Virus record (IMG/VR): IMGVR_UViG_3300025038_000006
DNA length: 64,000 bases
Strand: one strand, 5' to 3'
Origin: an uncultured virus (IMG/VR IMGVR_UViG_3300025038_000006)
Lineage: Duplodnaviria; Heunggongvirae; Uroviricota; Caudoviricetes
Under the pieces are notes generated by a model. The model searched no databases, was not told the DNA's origin, and saw only the letters and a program-made list of their open reading frames with translations. The translations under genes were made by a program, and so were the position numbers. Positions 37,134-46,805 of the stretch are shown here, in pieces (position 1 is the stretch's first letter; every line of letters begins with the position of its first letter).

Positions 37134-38942
37134 TTAAAGTGTTGGTAAATTGCGTAATTCAATTAACATGCACTGATTGCGATAACGTGGAATTGGGTTA
37201 GCTTCTGCTGCCATACGGTTATAAACCGCTACGTCTTTTTCAAACGCATTGGCTGATGATGCTAGAACCATAGTTGGGACTGCCACAGTACCTACGAATG
37301 GTGCTTTAGCTGGTGTTGTTGCACGTGGTACTAACAACGCATAGCCGCCCTGGGTTAATTCATCTTCGTTGAACACGCCCATTGAGGCTGGCACGTAGTA
37401 AATGTTTGCACCAGTGTTTAACTGGCCAATGCGGTAGATTGAGTATTGATCACCGTACTGCTCGCCAGTTGGGGTATATTCGTCGCGGCTCATAGCTTCA
37501 AAGAACGCTGCACCACGGTCTGACACGTATAAATCGTACTGACCAATAGCTGTGTTGGTGATTGTTGATAGTGCGGTACGAGCTTTACCTAGGACAACAC
37601 GAATGTTTGAGTAAAGATCAGTTAATGTGGTATGAGTCACGCCAGCGATATCAGCATCAAACACTTTGACATGCTTCTCTTGGTTAGCTAAACACTGGTT
37701 AACTGCACCACGTAGCAAGCGGCCGTTTTGCTCAAAGTTGTACTTGTTGATAAAGATCATTTGAGCGGCTGCATACCAGTTAATGCCAAGCTCATTTTGT
37801 AGCTGGGTGATAGCGTCGATGGTAGCACTTGAACGTGCGCGGCTTGGATAAGCGTAAACGCCATAGTAGTTAAACGCCATGTCGTGACTTGGGGCGCGTA
37901 AAATATACTCACCTTTCTCGTCTTTACGTTCATAGTCAAAGATTAATTCAACTTCTACTTCATCTGCACCTGGGGTAGCACCATCGGTAGTGTCAAAAGC
38001 AACTTCAACTGTGTGATTGTCAAGGTCTGCAACTGCTGACTTAACGATAAAGGTATCAGCGCCTAAAGTAACCGGCTCAAGCGGCTGTAACGTGCTCTTA
38101 CCGCCAAAAGTTGGGTGGTTTCGATGATTATCATTAGCAACTTCCACGCCGCGAACTTTAATGCTAACTCGACCGCCCAAGAATGGAGCTTTGATAGAGT
38201 CTTTATCTACAACAAACTTGGTAGTTTTGTTGTCACGAATTTCTTTAGTGTAAGCAACATGTGATTCAAGGGTGAACTTACCCTCACCAGCATCTTCCAT
38301 TACCAATAGGTGACGGTTATCGAAGTATGGTAAACCAGCTTTTTCACCGTCGATTAATTCACCACGACGCATAACGCCCATATCCATGCCAGCGGTACCT
38401 TCGCCGGCAACGATTGGCACTTCGTTTGAGCCAGTAGGGTTAGGTAGCATTGAGATTAATGGGAGGCTGTTTGCGATACCCATAGTAATAACAACTTGTA
38501 CGGCAGCTGGTACTACTGATAAGGCTTCATGGTGGCTAAATGATAGGCTGTCGAACGATGGATCATTGTCATCACCGCGATGCGCGTTTTCAGTAAATGC
38601 GGTAGCAGCTGATAAAGCTGATTGCACAACTTCTACTGGTGGCATATCACCGCCGTTACGACGTTGATACTCTGCAATACCATCACGTAAGCCGTCAAAT
38701 ACCGCTTGCTTGCCAGCTGTTGTAGCTGCGATGTTTTGAGCCTCTAACAGTTTTTGCAATGACTCAGGAATTGCCTGTAATCCCATTTCACGGTCATGCG
38801 AGTTGGCTGCGATCATTGAGTCAAATTGTGCAACGTCAGATTGTTTGGTGTCGAACTTCGCAAATTCACGCATAAATTGGCGTGTTTTGGTTAATTCACT
38901 AGAAACAACGGATAAATGTTGTTTGGCTTGTTCTTTATTCAT
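37134..38942 (-). CDS. Major capsid protein (P1 gp23-like)
   Basis: 602 aa, first gene of a late unit with a terminator behind it; EYQRRNGGDMP and TIDAITQLQNELG motifs; propeptide-like N-terminus. Confidence 0.8.
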   Translation of the reverse strand: MNKEQAKQHLSVVSSELTKTRQFMREFAKFDTKQSDVAQFDSMIAANSHDREMGLQAIPESLQKLLEAQNIAATTAGKQAVFDGLRDGIAEYQRRNGGDMPPVEVVQSALSAATAFTENAHRGDDNDPSFDSLSFSHHEALSVVPAAVQVVITMGIANSLPLISMLPNPTGSNEVPIVAGEGTAGMDMGVMRRGELIDGEKAGLPYFDNRHLLVMEDAGEGKFTLESHVAYTKEIRDNKTTKFVVDKDSIKAPFLGGRVSIKVRGVEVANDNHRNHPTFGGKSTLQPLEPVTLGADTFIVKSAVADLDNHTVEVAFDTTDGATPGADEVEVELIFDYERKDEKGEYILRAPSHDMAFNYYGVYAYPSRARSSATIDAITQLQNELGINWYAAAQMIFINKYNFEQNGRLLRGAVNQCLANQEKHVKVFDADIAGVTHTTLTDLYSNIRVVLGKARTALSTITNTAIGQYDLYVSDRGAAFFEAMSRDEYTPTGEQYGDQYSIYRIGQLNTGANIYYVPASMGVFNEDELTQGGYALLVPRATTPAKAPFVGTVAVPTMVLASSANAFEKDVAVYNRMAAEANPIPRYRNQCMLIELRNLPTL

Positions 38943-38992
38943 AAGGCACTTCCTATCGTCATTGAAAAAAATTAAACATATCCGATAGGGTT

Positions 38993-39032
38993 ATATTAAG
39001 ACTCGCCTACATCGCCTATTTAGGGGTGTTCC
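38993..39032 (-). promoter_or_regulatory. Late promoter cassette 6: GGAACAC-N27-TAATAT
   Basis: GTGTTCC 39026-39032; ATATTA 38993-38998; inverted repeat CCTATCG/CGATAGG at 38952-38958/38983-38989. Confidence 0.8.
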
Positions 39033-39038
39033 AACAGC

Positions 39039-39062
39039 AAAAAACCGCCATTTAAGGCGGTT
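39039..39062 (-). terminator. Intrinsic terminator
   Basis: AACCGCC/GGCGGTT stem with a U run on the minus strand. Confidence 0.75.
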
Positions 39063-39137
39063 GATTGGCATTACTGACAGGCTTACATCAAGAAAGTCAA
39101 AATAAATACCAGGGCAAGGTTGATTACATCCAAAACC

Positions 39138-39704
39138 TTACTTATATGGCGTCTCAACATCCTCAATTTTGCTTTCATCGAACGCATCTAAATATTCCAG
39201 GTCAAATCTTTGGTTTAATAGGTACCTATGGCCATGACTCACCAATAATGAATTACCAACCACGCCCACGCACTCATGGTATTCTTTATGGTTGTTTAGC
39301 AAGAAACAAAACAAGTCGCCTTTTTTGGGGTTCCAGTCTGGTCTCATTCTTATGCGATCATCGCCTTCCAAATCAATATCGTAAGGCTCAATCAATACCA
39401 TTGAACTAAATTGCTCTGGTGTGATAAACATGCCGCTATCGTGCATAGGACCACCTAAGCTATCTAGTAGCACGACCATTGCGTGTCCTAAAGGCTCATA
39501 GTCTATTGAATGCTCATCACTGTCACTTACTGTACCCAGGCCTGCCCATGACAAGTCTGAACGCTCATAATCATCATCACTCACTGTTAGCACTTTACGC
39601 CTAAATACAAACGTCGGAATCGTTGATTGATTGCGTAGTGTGATAATGCGCGTACTTAGTGCCTGGCCGTCTGTGACTAGCTTATTTTCAATTTTAAGCG
39701 TCAT
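39138..39704 (-). CDS. Putative neck/head-closure protein
   Basis: PKKGDLF motif, beta-rich; late operon. Confidence 0.4.
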   Translation of the reverse strand: MTLKIENKLVTDGQALSTRIITLRNQSTIPTFVFRRKVLTVSDDDYERSDLSWAGLGTVSDSDEHSIDYEPLGHAMVVLLDSLGGPMHDSGMFITPEQFSSMVLIEPYDIDLEGDDRIRMRPDWNPKKGDLFCFLLNNHKEYHECVGVVGNSLLVSHGHRYLLNQRFDLEYLDAFDESKIEDVETPYK

Positions 39705-40903
39705 CGTTTACCCCATTTCTTCTCAAAGTCTTGAATATCTGCTTTGTATAGCTGCTTATATCTATCAGGTATGCCTTTTTGCTTTAACTGGCTTTGAGCG
39801 TACTTATAACTGCTTAATTCAGCCTTTGTTGGCTCGTGCGGGCGTGCTTTGGCTTGTCGTTTTTGTTCAGTGCGTACTTTTTGCTCAGCCTGTTTAACAG
39901 CTTGCTTAATAACCTTCGACCAATGTAAACGGCCATTCCAGTTGTTTAGGGCCTCTGTCTGCTTGCCAGCCTCTCGCTTGACTTGCTGGCTAGTGCGTCT
40001 ATGCGGCTTAACCTGGTTCTCTGCCTTGGCTATATCGGCCTTGGCATAGTCTCTGATCTGATTGAGCATGATACCGCTTGTTAAGTGTTTCATTACTCGC
40101 AATGTATGCTTACAAGCCACGCCCGTTAGATTGGGGTTACGTGTCGATGGATAGCGATTTTCATCTATTCCATAGTTGTATTTACCAACGGTGGCTATAT
40201 AGCGATACCAGAATTGATGACGGCCACAATCGCAATCAAACCTTACCTTGCCGTGTAAGATACTGTTCCTTATCTCTGTCATGCTAGGCGGCTTGGTTCT
40301 TAGCAGCAATCCAGGATAATCTAGCAGCTGCACTGTTACTTTGTGATTAGCAACCTTACTTTCTGGCCCTGAGTTGGTTAAGAAAAATAAGGTATTGCCT
40401 TGCCGCTTGTAAACCATGGCCATGTATATTTGCTTGTTAGCACGCTGGATATCTACTGGCCTTGAATTATTAATCACATCTTGAGGTGTGATACCGCCAG
40501 CAAACTTTTTAGCCGCTTTCTTAACGTTTGCTAAGTATGCGTCTAATACACTTGCGTCTAGCACCTGCATTAAGCTTTGGTTACGCTTAGTGTTGCCTAG
40601 CGTAAATTCCAATAGCTCGCTTGCTGATATGCCAGCTAAGCTTTTAGCACTGGCTACCAGGCCCTCCAATTGCTGGTTAGTTAGCCTCTCACCGCCTTTA
40701 ATATCTCTGATCGTATCTTTTAGATACTGATTATGACGGCTGGCAAACTTGCCCTGCTCGCTGGCTTGCCTAGCTGTATCAATACGCCAGCGTCTAAGCT
40801 CCTCAAGGCTCATTTTATTAACGAGCCTGTCTTGCCTGCTTACTGGGTCGTCGTGATTCTGTGGACTGTTATTGTTAAACCAATCAGTATCTAGGCTATC
40901 CAT
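39701..40903 (-). CDS. SWIM-type zinc-finger protein
   Basis: FDCDCGRHQFWY...RNPNLTGVACKH (CxC...CxH). Confidence 0.65.
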   Translation of the reverse strand: MDSLDTDWFNNNSPQNHDDPVSRQDRLVNKMSLEELRRWRIDTARQASEQGKFASRHNQYLKDTIRDIKGGERLTNQQLEGLVASAKSLAGISASELLEFTLGNTKRNQSLMQVLDASVLDAYLANVKKAAKKFAGGITPQDVINNSRPVDIQRANKQIYMAMVYKRQGNTLFFLTNSGPESKVANHKVTVQLLDYPGLLLRTKPPSMTEIRNSILHGKVRFDCDCGRHQFWYRYIATVGKYNYGIDENRYPSTRNPNLTGVACKHTLRVMKHLTSGIMLNQIRDYAKADIAKAENQVKPHRRTSQQVKREAGKQTEALNNWNGRLHWSKVIKQAVKQAEQKVRTEQKRQAKARPHEPTKAELSSYKYAQSQLKQKGIPDRYKQLYKADIQDFEKKWGKR

Positions 40904-41209
40904 TTACATCTCTTTCAAATACTTGCGTTTAATTGCAATCAAATCCACGGCCACTGGCAAAAAGATAATTTCCTTGGGTAGTGGTTCGCCAATTCTATTC
41001 GTGCCAGCACATACCATCACTACATCTGCATAGCTGCGATTTTTATATGCTCTAAAAGCAATTAGCGTAGGATCGTGAACTTCATCATTACCCACTTGCC
41101 AAGCGATTAATCTATCGGTACGGCCACGTCGATAGAGTAAATCAACGTGGTCACGTATCGCATTATGATAAATATTCAATACATCCATAATTAGGCCGTT
41201 CTTAGCCAA
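40904..41209 (-). CDS. Tail X/LysM-like baseplate protein
   Basis: DPTLIAFRAY...VVMVCAG...LP..IIFLP pattern. Confidence 0.55.
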   Translation of the reverse strand: MAKNGLIMDVLNIYHNAIRDHVDLLYRRGRTDRLIAWQVGNDEVHDPTLIAFRAYKNRSYADVVMVCAGTNRIGEPLPKEIIFLPVAVDLIAIKRKYLKEM

Positions 41210-42576
41210 TAAGCGACAACAGTTGATGGCTGTACGTTATTATGGGGTTTATCACCCCCAACATTTGAGGCTACTAAGTTTGAAGGCGACGCACTTGTAC
41301 TTTGCGTTGCAGGCCTTGTGTTACCTCTAATATTACTCACTACAAAGTTTAAGTCGTGAGTGTGGCTAGGTATTTCAGCAACGGTAAGCTTGTGGTCATA
41401 TTCACCAAACTCTGTTTTTAGTTTTTTAGTCCACTCAGGGTCGGCCGCTTTGGTTGATATGCCAACAAGCGTTTGACCTTCTGCGAATCTAGCCCACGTG
41501 CCATAACCTAAAGCCGCTTTAACTTCTGCACCGCTCTTATAGTCATTGGTCGTCACATACAATGAGCCAATTGGTAATTCAGTGACCTTGTTTTGGGCAA
41601 CTGTTAACTGCTTTTGTAACTCGTCAATCTGTTGTTTCATTCCAGCCAGATCAGACTCTCTTAGATATTGGGTATGAGGGTGTTCTGCACTAGTATGGGC
41701 AGATAAATCAGTCTTTTTAGCGTATTGCGTATGCGGATCAGCCGCACTTGTATGGGCTGATAAGTCTGTTTTCTTGGCATACTGCGAATGAGGGTCAGCC
41801 GCCTTGATATGATTAGCAAGACCGTCCTCTAAGTTGGCTATATCTTTACCTTGCTGCGTTAAATTGCCACCCTGCTGAGATAACGTACCTTTTTGAGCGT
41901 CAAGCTCTTTTTGTAGTGCCTGGTTTGCCGCCTCAAGCTGGCTAGTTTTCTGATCGCTATCTTTTTTGAGTGTGTATTGAGGGTGTGGGTTTGCGTGGGC
42001 CAGGTGTCCTGCTAAGTCGCCAGCTGCACCGTTGATGTTTTGGCCAAGCTTATCCACCTTCTTATCGAGCTGTGTAAGCCTATCAAGCTTAATATATTGA
42101 GGGTGAGGATCTGCTGCCGCTAAATGGTCTTCCATCATCTTAACAGCGATAGGGCTGTTGGGATCGGCTTCAATTGTTATATTCTCAACGTCAATTTCGC
42201 CTAACGACAAGCCAAAGCTGCCAACAAATGTGACGTTTGCATAAACGGTAAACAATGGTCCGGTACTGGCTGCAATTGCAAAAAGCTTGTTGTCGCTGGT
42301 TAGTAATCCAACTTCGTAGATATCTTTTGAAGTGACACTATTTAAGGTCACGCTAAACCGTAAAGACTTACTTTCGTTCTCGATGCCGCTTGTCACGATA
42401 TCGGACCGCATAGTCTCCGTTTTAATGCGTGTTTCTCTGCCATTTGGCACGTATTTTGACGTGCCAGCGACAAATGTCTTTAAAGATAAGCTTATGCCTT
42501 GCTTTTGAGCGTCTAACACTGCTAAACGCCCTGCTTCGGTTATTTTAAATATAATTGGGTTTGGTTTATTAGCCAT
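41191..42576 (-). CDS. Tail fibre protein
   Basis: ITEAGR...IYEVGLLT..NKLFA baseplate-anchor domain, five xPHxQY repeats, PIGSLY...GTW...LTVAEIPSHTH...HNNVQP tip. Confidence 0.88.
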   Translation of the reverse strand: MANKPNPIIFKITEAGRLAVLDAQKQGISLSLKTFVAGTSKYVPNGRETRIKTETMRSDIVTSGIENESKSLRFSVTLNSVTSKDIYEVGLLTSDNKLFAIAASTGPLFTVYANVTFVGSFGLSLGEIDVENITIEADPNSPIAVKMMEDHLAAADPHPQYIKLDRLTQLDKKVDKLGQNINGAAGDLAGHLAHANPHPQYTLKKDSDQKTSQLEAANQALQKELDAQKGTLSQQGGNLTQQGKDIANLEDGLANHIKAADPHSQYAKKTDLSAHTSAADPHTQYAKKTDLSAHTSAEHPHTQYLRESDLAGMKQQIDELQKQLTVAQNKVTELPIGSLYVTTNDYKSGAEVKAALGYGTWARFAEGQTLVGISTKAADPEWTKKLKTEFGEYDHKLTVAEIPSHTHDLNFVVSNIRGNTRPATQSTSASPSNLVASNVGGDKPHNNVQPSTVVAYWLRTA

Positions 42577-42611
42577 GACTTACGCAATCCTTAAAATTTC
42601 AGTACTGCATA

Positions 42612-42650
42612 AGTTTAACCACTTAGGCTGGCAAGTCTGCCGTGTGTTCC
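42612..42650 (-). promoter_or_regulatory. Late promoter cassette 7: GGAACAC-N26-TAAACT
   Basis: GTGTTCC 42644-42650; AGTTTA 42612-42617; weak inverted repeat CTTACGCA/TGCATAAG. Confidence 0.72.
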
Positions 42651-42660
42651 ACTTTCCCAC

Positions 42661-44226
42661 CTAGTCACCAAGTAATTCATCCGCTGCTTGCTTCAATAGG
42701 TCCAATTCGTCGCTTTCATTGCTACCTATGTTTAGATCTTCGTAACTTTCAGCCGGCGCATAGCTTATATTTTCCATAAAGCCAAACGCTATGGTATCTG
42801 CAATATCCGGTGACTTAATACCCTTTTTGAGCATGTCTTTTTTGCTCATCATGCACCAGCGCGCCTTTTCGTCAAAGTAATACGGTAAGCGCGTCATCTG
42901 TTCTTCTAAGTTGGTGATTACCTGGTACATTTTTTTGACTTTATCGCTTACACTGAAATAGCCTTTTTCGACCGCCTTAGCCATTGATACATAAGCGTGG
43001 CTGCGCTTGTTCATGTAGTAGCGTTTGAGCGTGTTGTTAAAGCAAGGTGAACCCCAATTCACTTCATCAAAATACACCCCGTCAGCTTTTACCGACTGCG
43101 TTAAGCCCATACCAGCGCCTAATGGATCAATCACCAATGTTGCCCCCGGGTAATCACTCATTACATCATTAATTTTGGCTTTAAGCGTATTGATATTGGC
43201 TCTATTACTAAACAGCGGTATATCCAGTAAATGTACGTGTCTCTCAATACGGCCCTTAACCATCTTATCAACGACTTGCAGCACCGATATCACGCTACTA
43301 TCGCGGCCAACATCGCCGCCCACGTCCACGGTTACGATGATACCCCACTTGTCACCCTCTTTAATCACGCAAGGGTGAGCCTTCATATTCTCGTAGTCAG
43401 TGCGCGTTAATAGGTACTCGCCTTTAAGCTCTGGAAACTTACCGCGAATACGAATTAGATACCCTGGACTGTTTCGACTGCCATACTGATATAACGCCTC
43501 AATCAATTTTTCTTTACTAACAATCGGTGACATTTCACCGTTGAACTCAAGGGCAATCCATTTACCGCCATTATGGTGGCTTAACTTATGGTGTGTGTCG
43601 TAGAAGAAACCAGTATTTTTAGCTGGCTGGCTGGTCAGTACGGCCCGGTTGTTTTCATGGGTCAATGCACCAATAGCAACTTCCATAACCGCGTCATCAA
43701 TACCACAAGCTTCATCAGCCCATACCATGTAGTGATCGCCGTGTTGACCGGCAATGTTAGTTGGCTGGTGCTTCGGTGCGGTCTTAGCAAAAACGAACCA
43801 GGTATCTTTAAAACCCTTGATATAGATCTTTTCTGCCAGCACGACAACATAATCAGCAAGCCAGCCTAGCGCCTTGTTGTTGCGTAGGCGCTGCAAACAG
43901 ATATTAATCTCTTTCCAAACAACCGTTCTAAGCTGTCCGATTTGAGGCGCGGTAAATAGCATTACCGACTCGGGGTAAAACAAAAGGTGCCATAAGGCGA
44001 TAATGCCAGCCGATCTACTCTTACCAGTACCGTGGCCAGACGCAACGCTTGTACGACTGCCAGGCACAACAATAGACTTAAATAATAGCTCTTGCTGCCA
44101 GGTTACCGCTTGTCCGGCTTGTATTGTCATATCTAAAGCTTCAACGGCAAAGCGTGTAATGTCATAGCGATACCTTTGGCATACTTCCTGCCATTCAGGT
44201 AACAGCATTAAATCATCTAGCATCAA
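42661..44226 (-). CDS. Terminase large subunit (PacB-like)
   Basis: SGHGTGKS Walker A, WADEA Walker B, VDVGG nuclease aspartate, KSPDIAD. Confidence 0.93.
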   Translation of the reverse strand: MMLDDLMLLPEWQEVCQRYRYDITRFAVEALDMTIQAGQAVTWQQELLFKSIVVPGSRTSVASGHGTGKSRSAGIIALWHLLFYPESVMLFTAPQIGQLRTVVWKEINICLQRLRNNKALGWLADYVVVLAEKIYIKGFKDTWFVFAKTAPKHQPTNIAGQHGDHYMVWADEACGIDDAVMEVAIGALTHENNRAVLTSQPAKNTGFFYDTHHKLSHHNGGKWIALEFNGEMSPIVSKEKLIEALYQYGSRNSPGYLIRIRGKFPELKGEYLLTRTDYENMKAHPCVIKEGDKWGIIVTVDVGGDVGRDSSVISVLQVVDKMVKGRIERHVHLLDIPLFSNRANINTLKAKINDVMSDYPGATLVIDPLGAGMGLTQSVKADGVYFDEVNWGSPCFNNTLKRYYMNKRSHAYVSMAKAVEKGYFSVSDKVKKMYQVITNLEEQMTRLPYYFDEKARWCMMSKKDMLKKGIKSPDIADTIAFGFMENISYAPAESYEDLNIGSNESDELDLLKQAADELLGD

Positions 44227-44234
44227 CTACCCCA

Positions 44235-44765
44235 TTAAATACTAAAAGGCATTAAACCATAGTCGCTATCCTTGTCGTTTGAGCTATCATCAAGCGTTAT
44301 TGGAGCGGTTGACATAAGGTAGCCGCCGTGTATCTTTCTAGCCGCCCAAATAGCCAATAAAACGGCCATGTGGCCATTGGTAATACCCATTGAATCAAAG
44401 TCTAATACTTTTCCTCGTTCGTCCATTTTGCGCATCTGAATAACGTCTTTTGGCTCATATCGTCTTAACGCATCCTCAATCACAATTAAGCCTGATCGCT
44501 GGGCTTCGTTATAGACAGCCATAACCTCAGCCATTTGCTCGGACTCGTTAAAACTCATATCCCAGTAATCAAAAATCATTGGCGTATCAGTGACCACCAC
44601 AGCATTATCTTTTGGTACTGGCTGCTCTTTCCACGTGGCTTGTTTTTTAAGCATTACCCTGCCTGATGCTGGCAAGACAACGCCCAATACGCGTATAGCC
44701 TCGCCAGCGTAAGCGGCCGCCCTTGCATCAATAATTACTGGTGTGTCTTGTGCTGCGTTATTCAT
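44235..44765 (-). CDS. Hypothetical phage protein
   Basis: Coupled ORF in the protease-terminase operon. Confidence 0.6.
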   Translation of the reverse strand: MNNAAQDTPVIIDARAAAYAGEAIRVLGVVLPASGRVMLKKQATWKEQPVPKDNAVVVTDTPMIFDYWDMSFNESEQMAEVMAVYNEAQRSGLIVIEDALRRYEPKDVIQMRKMDERGKVLDFDSMGITNGHMAVLLAIWAARKIHGGYLMSTAPITLDDSSNDKDSDYGLMPFSI

Positions 44766-45765
44766 TGCTAGGTGGCTCTATCTTAGTTTCGGTGATTACA
44801 CCTGTTTTAAGATCAATAGCGACCTTAACTCCCAACTCTGTATAGTCATCGGTAACGTCTGCCTCAGTAACAAAGCTATTAAGCTTCTCATAACTATCAC
44901 GGCTTCCCCCAATTGGCTTGCCGCCCTCGCCTGGTATTGGCTCTCTTGGGCTGTTAATCGCGGGCCCGTTAGGATTATTAGGGTCAAGCGGTATCGTTGG
45001 CTTCTCTGGATCATAATTAGGATTAGGCCGCGTCGGTAAGCTCTCGTATGGCTCTCCAGTATCGGTCACCTCGTCCCAAGCACCGCCCAAGCCTACAAAC
45101 TCAGGAATAGCACCGACAATGGTGCAATCAACAGTGGCGATAAACAGGTTTTTAAGATCGGTTGTTGCACTATCAGGATAAAGACTGTTTTCTAACACCC
45201 TAAAATTCCAGTCATCTTTAATTGGCTTACCCTCAAAAACCCCAACGTCATAAGGTACTGGGAATGTTCTTTTCTCTTCGTGTTTCCAAAAATTCGCAAA
45301 CTGCCTGGCAATATCTGATGCACTGTGGGGATCGGGGCTAAAAAAGGCAATTTGACAGCGATAAGCCACGGGAACCGATCGCATTTGCACTACTCGCTTT
45401 AATGGGTCTTGAGGTAGTACCACGTTTACCCAATACGGTAAGCCGCCTACCTGGTCATATTCAGGCGGCGTTTCAATCGGACTAATGGCCGTCATAAGCA
45501 CTGGCAAGTAAACAGACGAACCGGACTCATTTTTATAACCAGCGTTTTTTGCGTTATCATTCTCTTGTATTGCTTTTAGCATGCCCTCTACGTCATCAAC
45601 CATTGATGTTTTAGCCACAACAATAGCTGCTTCCAACCTGCGTCGTTTCCAGTCATAAACGCCCTGAGTGGTTGGCATGCACCATTGTCTAAAGTCTCTT
45701 AGTTTCATGGCCCAAGCTATCTGTAAGCATTCAAGCGGTGATAGCAGTCGTTTTGTCTTGCTCAT
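44758..45765 (-). CDS. Hypothetical virion protein (possible tail completion protein)
   Basis: Coupled ORF in a late operon; function not recognised with confidence. Confidence 0.45.
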   Translation of the reverse strand: MSKTKRLLSPLECLQIAWAMKLRDFRQWCMPTTQGVYDWKRRRLEAAIVVAKTSMVDDVEGMLKAIQENDNAKNAGYKNESGSSVYLPVLMTAISPIETPPEYDQVGGLPYWVNVVLPQDPLKRVVQMRSVPVAYRCQIAFFSPDPHSASDIARQFANFWKHEEKRTFPVPYDVGVFEGKPIKDDWNFRVLENSLYPDSATTDLKNLFIATVDCTIVGAIPEFVGLGGAWDEVTDTGEPYESLPTRPNPNYDPEKPTIPLDPNNPNGPAINSPREPIPGEGGKPIGGSRDSYEKLNSFVTEADVTDDYTELGVKVAIDLKTGVITETKIEPPSNE

Positions 45766-45779
45766 TGCTCAATCCTTAA

Positions 45780-46712
45780 TTAAAGGCCACGGAATCTATC
45801 AACGATGCTGATGCGCTCTTCTTGTCTATCTGACTTGCCAGCCGCTTTATCTAGCTCGCTTATGCGTAAATCTGCGTCTGACGTATTGCCAATATGAAAG
45901 CTATCCCATTGAGCCTTAATTTCATCAAACGGCTTAGATGGGCAAATTAGGCTGTCAAAAAGCTCTAATTCTCGCTGCTTCTTGCGTTCCAATACTTTTT
46001 GCCGGCGCATTTCTGCATTGATCAAAGCGTCCTGGGCCGCTAGTGCTTCACGCTGATAATGGCTTACCAGTGACTCTGAATGTAGGGCCGTTTGCATTGA
46101 ATCGTATTGAGCAACGATGATACGCTCTAAGGCCTCTTTTAAGACAATCTGATCCTGCGGTAAATCAATGAGGCTATCAAAGCATGCCTCACCTTCCGTA
46201 TAAGCACCGTTTAAAATACTGTCAAAGATGCCATCGCCTTTGTTTGTCGCGTAATTAGGTGTTCGCACATAGTCAAAGCCATGGAAGCCAGTAACCTCAT
46301 AATATCCGTCTGGCTTGCGTCTGCGGTTAATAGCACTGCTAAACCCGCCAGCTTTATTCGCGTATAAGCGTGCTGCAAATTGGCCGTCGTCTGTATCTAA
46401 GAACTCATGCTGGGTAACAACGTTGCCGTCATCGTCAGCTTCAAGCCTGATCGTGCGTAAGGCTGGCTGGATTTTAATAATACGGCCCGTCTTTTCATCC
46501 ACCCATTGGTCTGGTGGGTACATGCCAAAACGTGCTCGTATCTCATGGCCATTAAAGCCAAACAAATCACCACTGCTAACAAGCTCTTGAACCTCTGGTG
46601 AGTTAATCTTGTTAACCATTGAGCGAATATCTAAATCTGAACGGTCCTGGCCGTTGTATTTGCGGCCACGATCCGCCAGGTTGTATGTAATAACTTTCGT
46701 TTTCTTAGCCAT
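45780..46712 (-). CDS. Prohead (head-processing) protease, P1 Pro-like
   Basis: FGFNGH..R, HEFLDTDDG, GGFSSA and GFDYV..PNY motifs; start reassigned to ATG 46712. Confidence 0.78.
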   Translation of the reverse strand: MAKKTKVITYNLADRGRKYNGQDRSDLDIRSMVNKINSPEVQELVSSGDLFGFNGHEIRARFGMYPPDQWVDEKTGRIIKIQPALRTIRLEADDDGNVVTQHEFLDTDDGQFAARLYANKAGGFSSAINRRRKPDGYYEVTGFHGFDYVRTPNYATNKGDGIFDSILNGAYTEGEACFDSLIDLPQDQIVLKEALERIIVAQYDSMQTALHSESLVSHYQREALAAQDALINAEMRRQKVLERKKQRELELFDSLICPSKPFDEIKAQWDSFHIGNTSDADLRISELDKAAGKSDRQEERISIVDRFRGL

Positions 46713-46757
46713 GAAAAAACCCCTTAAACAAGGCATAAATATTAATAATATGGCCTT

Positions 46758-46796
46758 AGTTTAAGGGGTCAAGCTGTTTTGCCTTTGGGGTGTTCC
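46758..46796 (-). promoter_or_regulatory. Late promoter cassette 8: GGAACAC-N26-TAAACT
   Basis: GTGTTCC 46790-46796; AGTTTA 46758-46763; inverted repeat 46719-46734/46753-46769. Confidence 0.8.
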
Positions 46797-46805
46797 TTTG
46801 GAGTC

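Noticed and set aside
41191..42576. P1-like invertible tail-fibre segment
   Set aside because: No invertase gene or inverted alternative fibre copy seen
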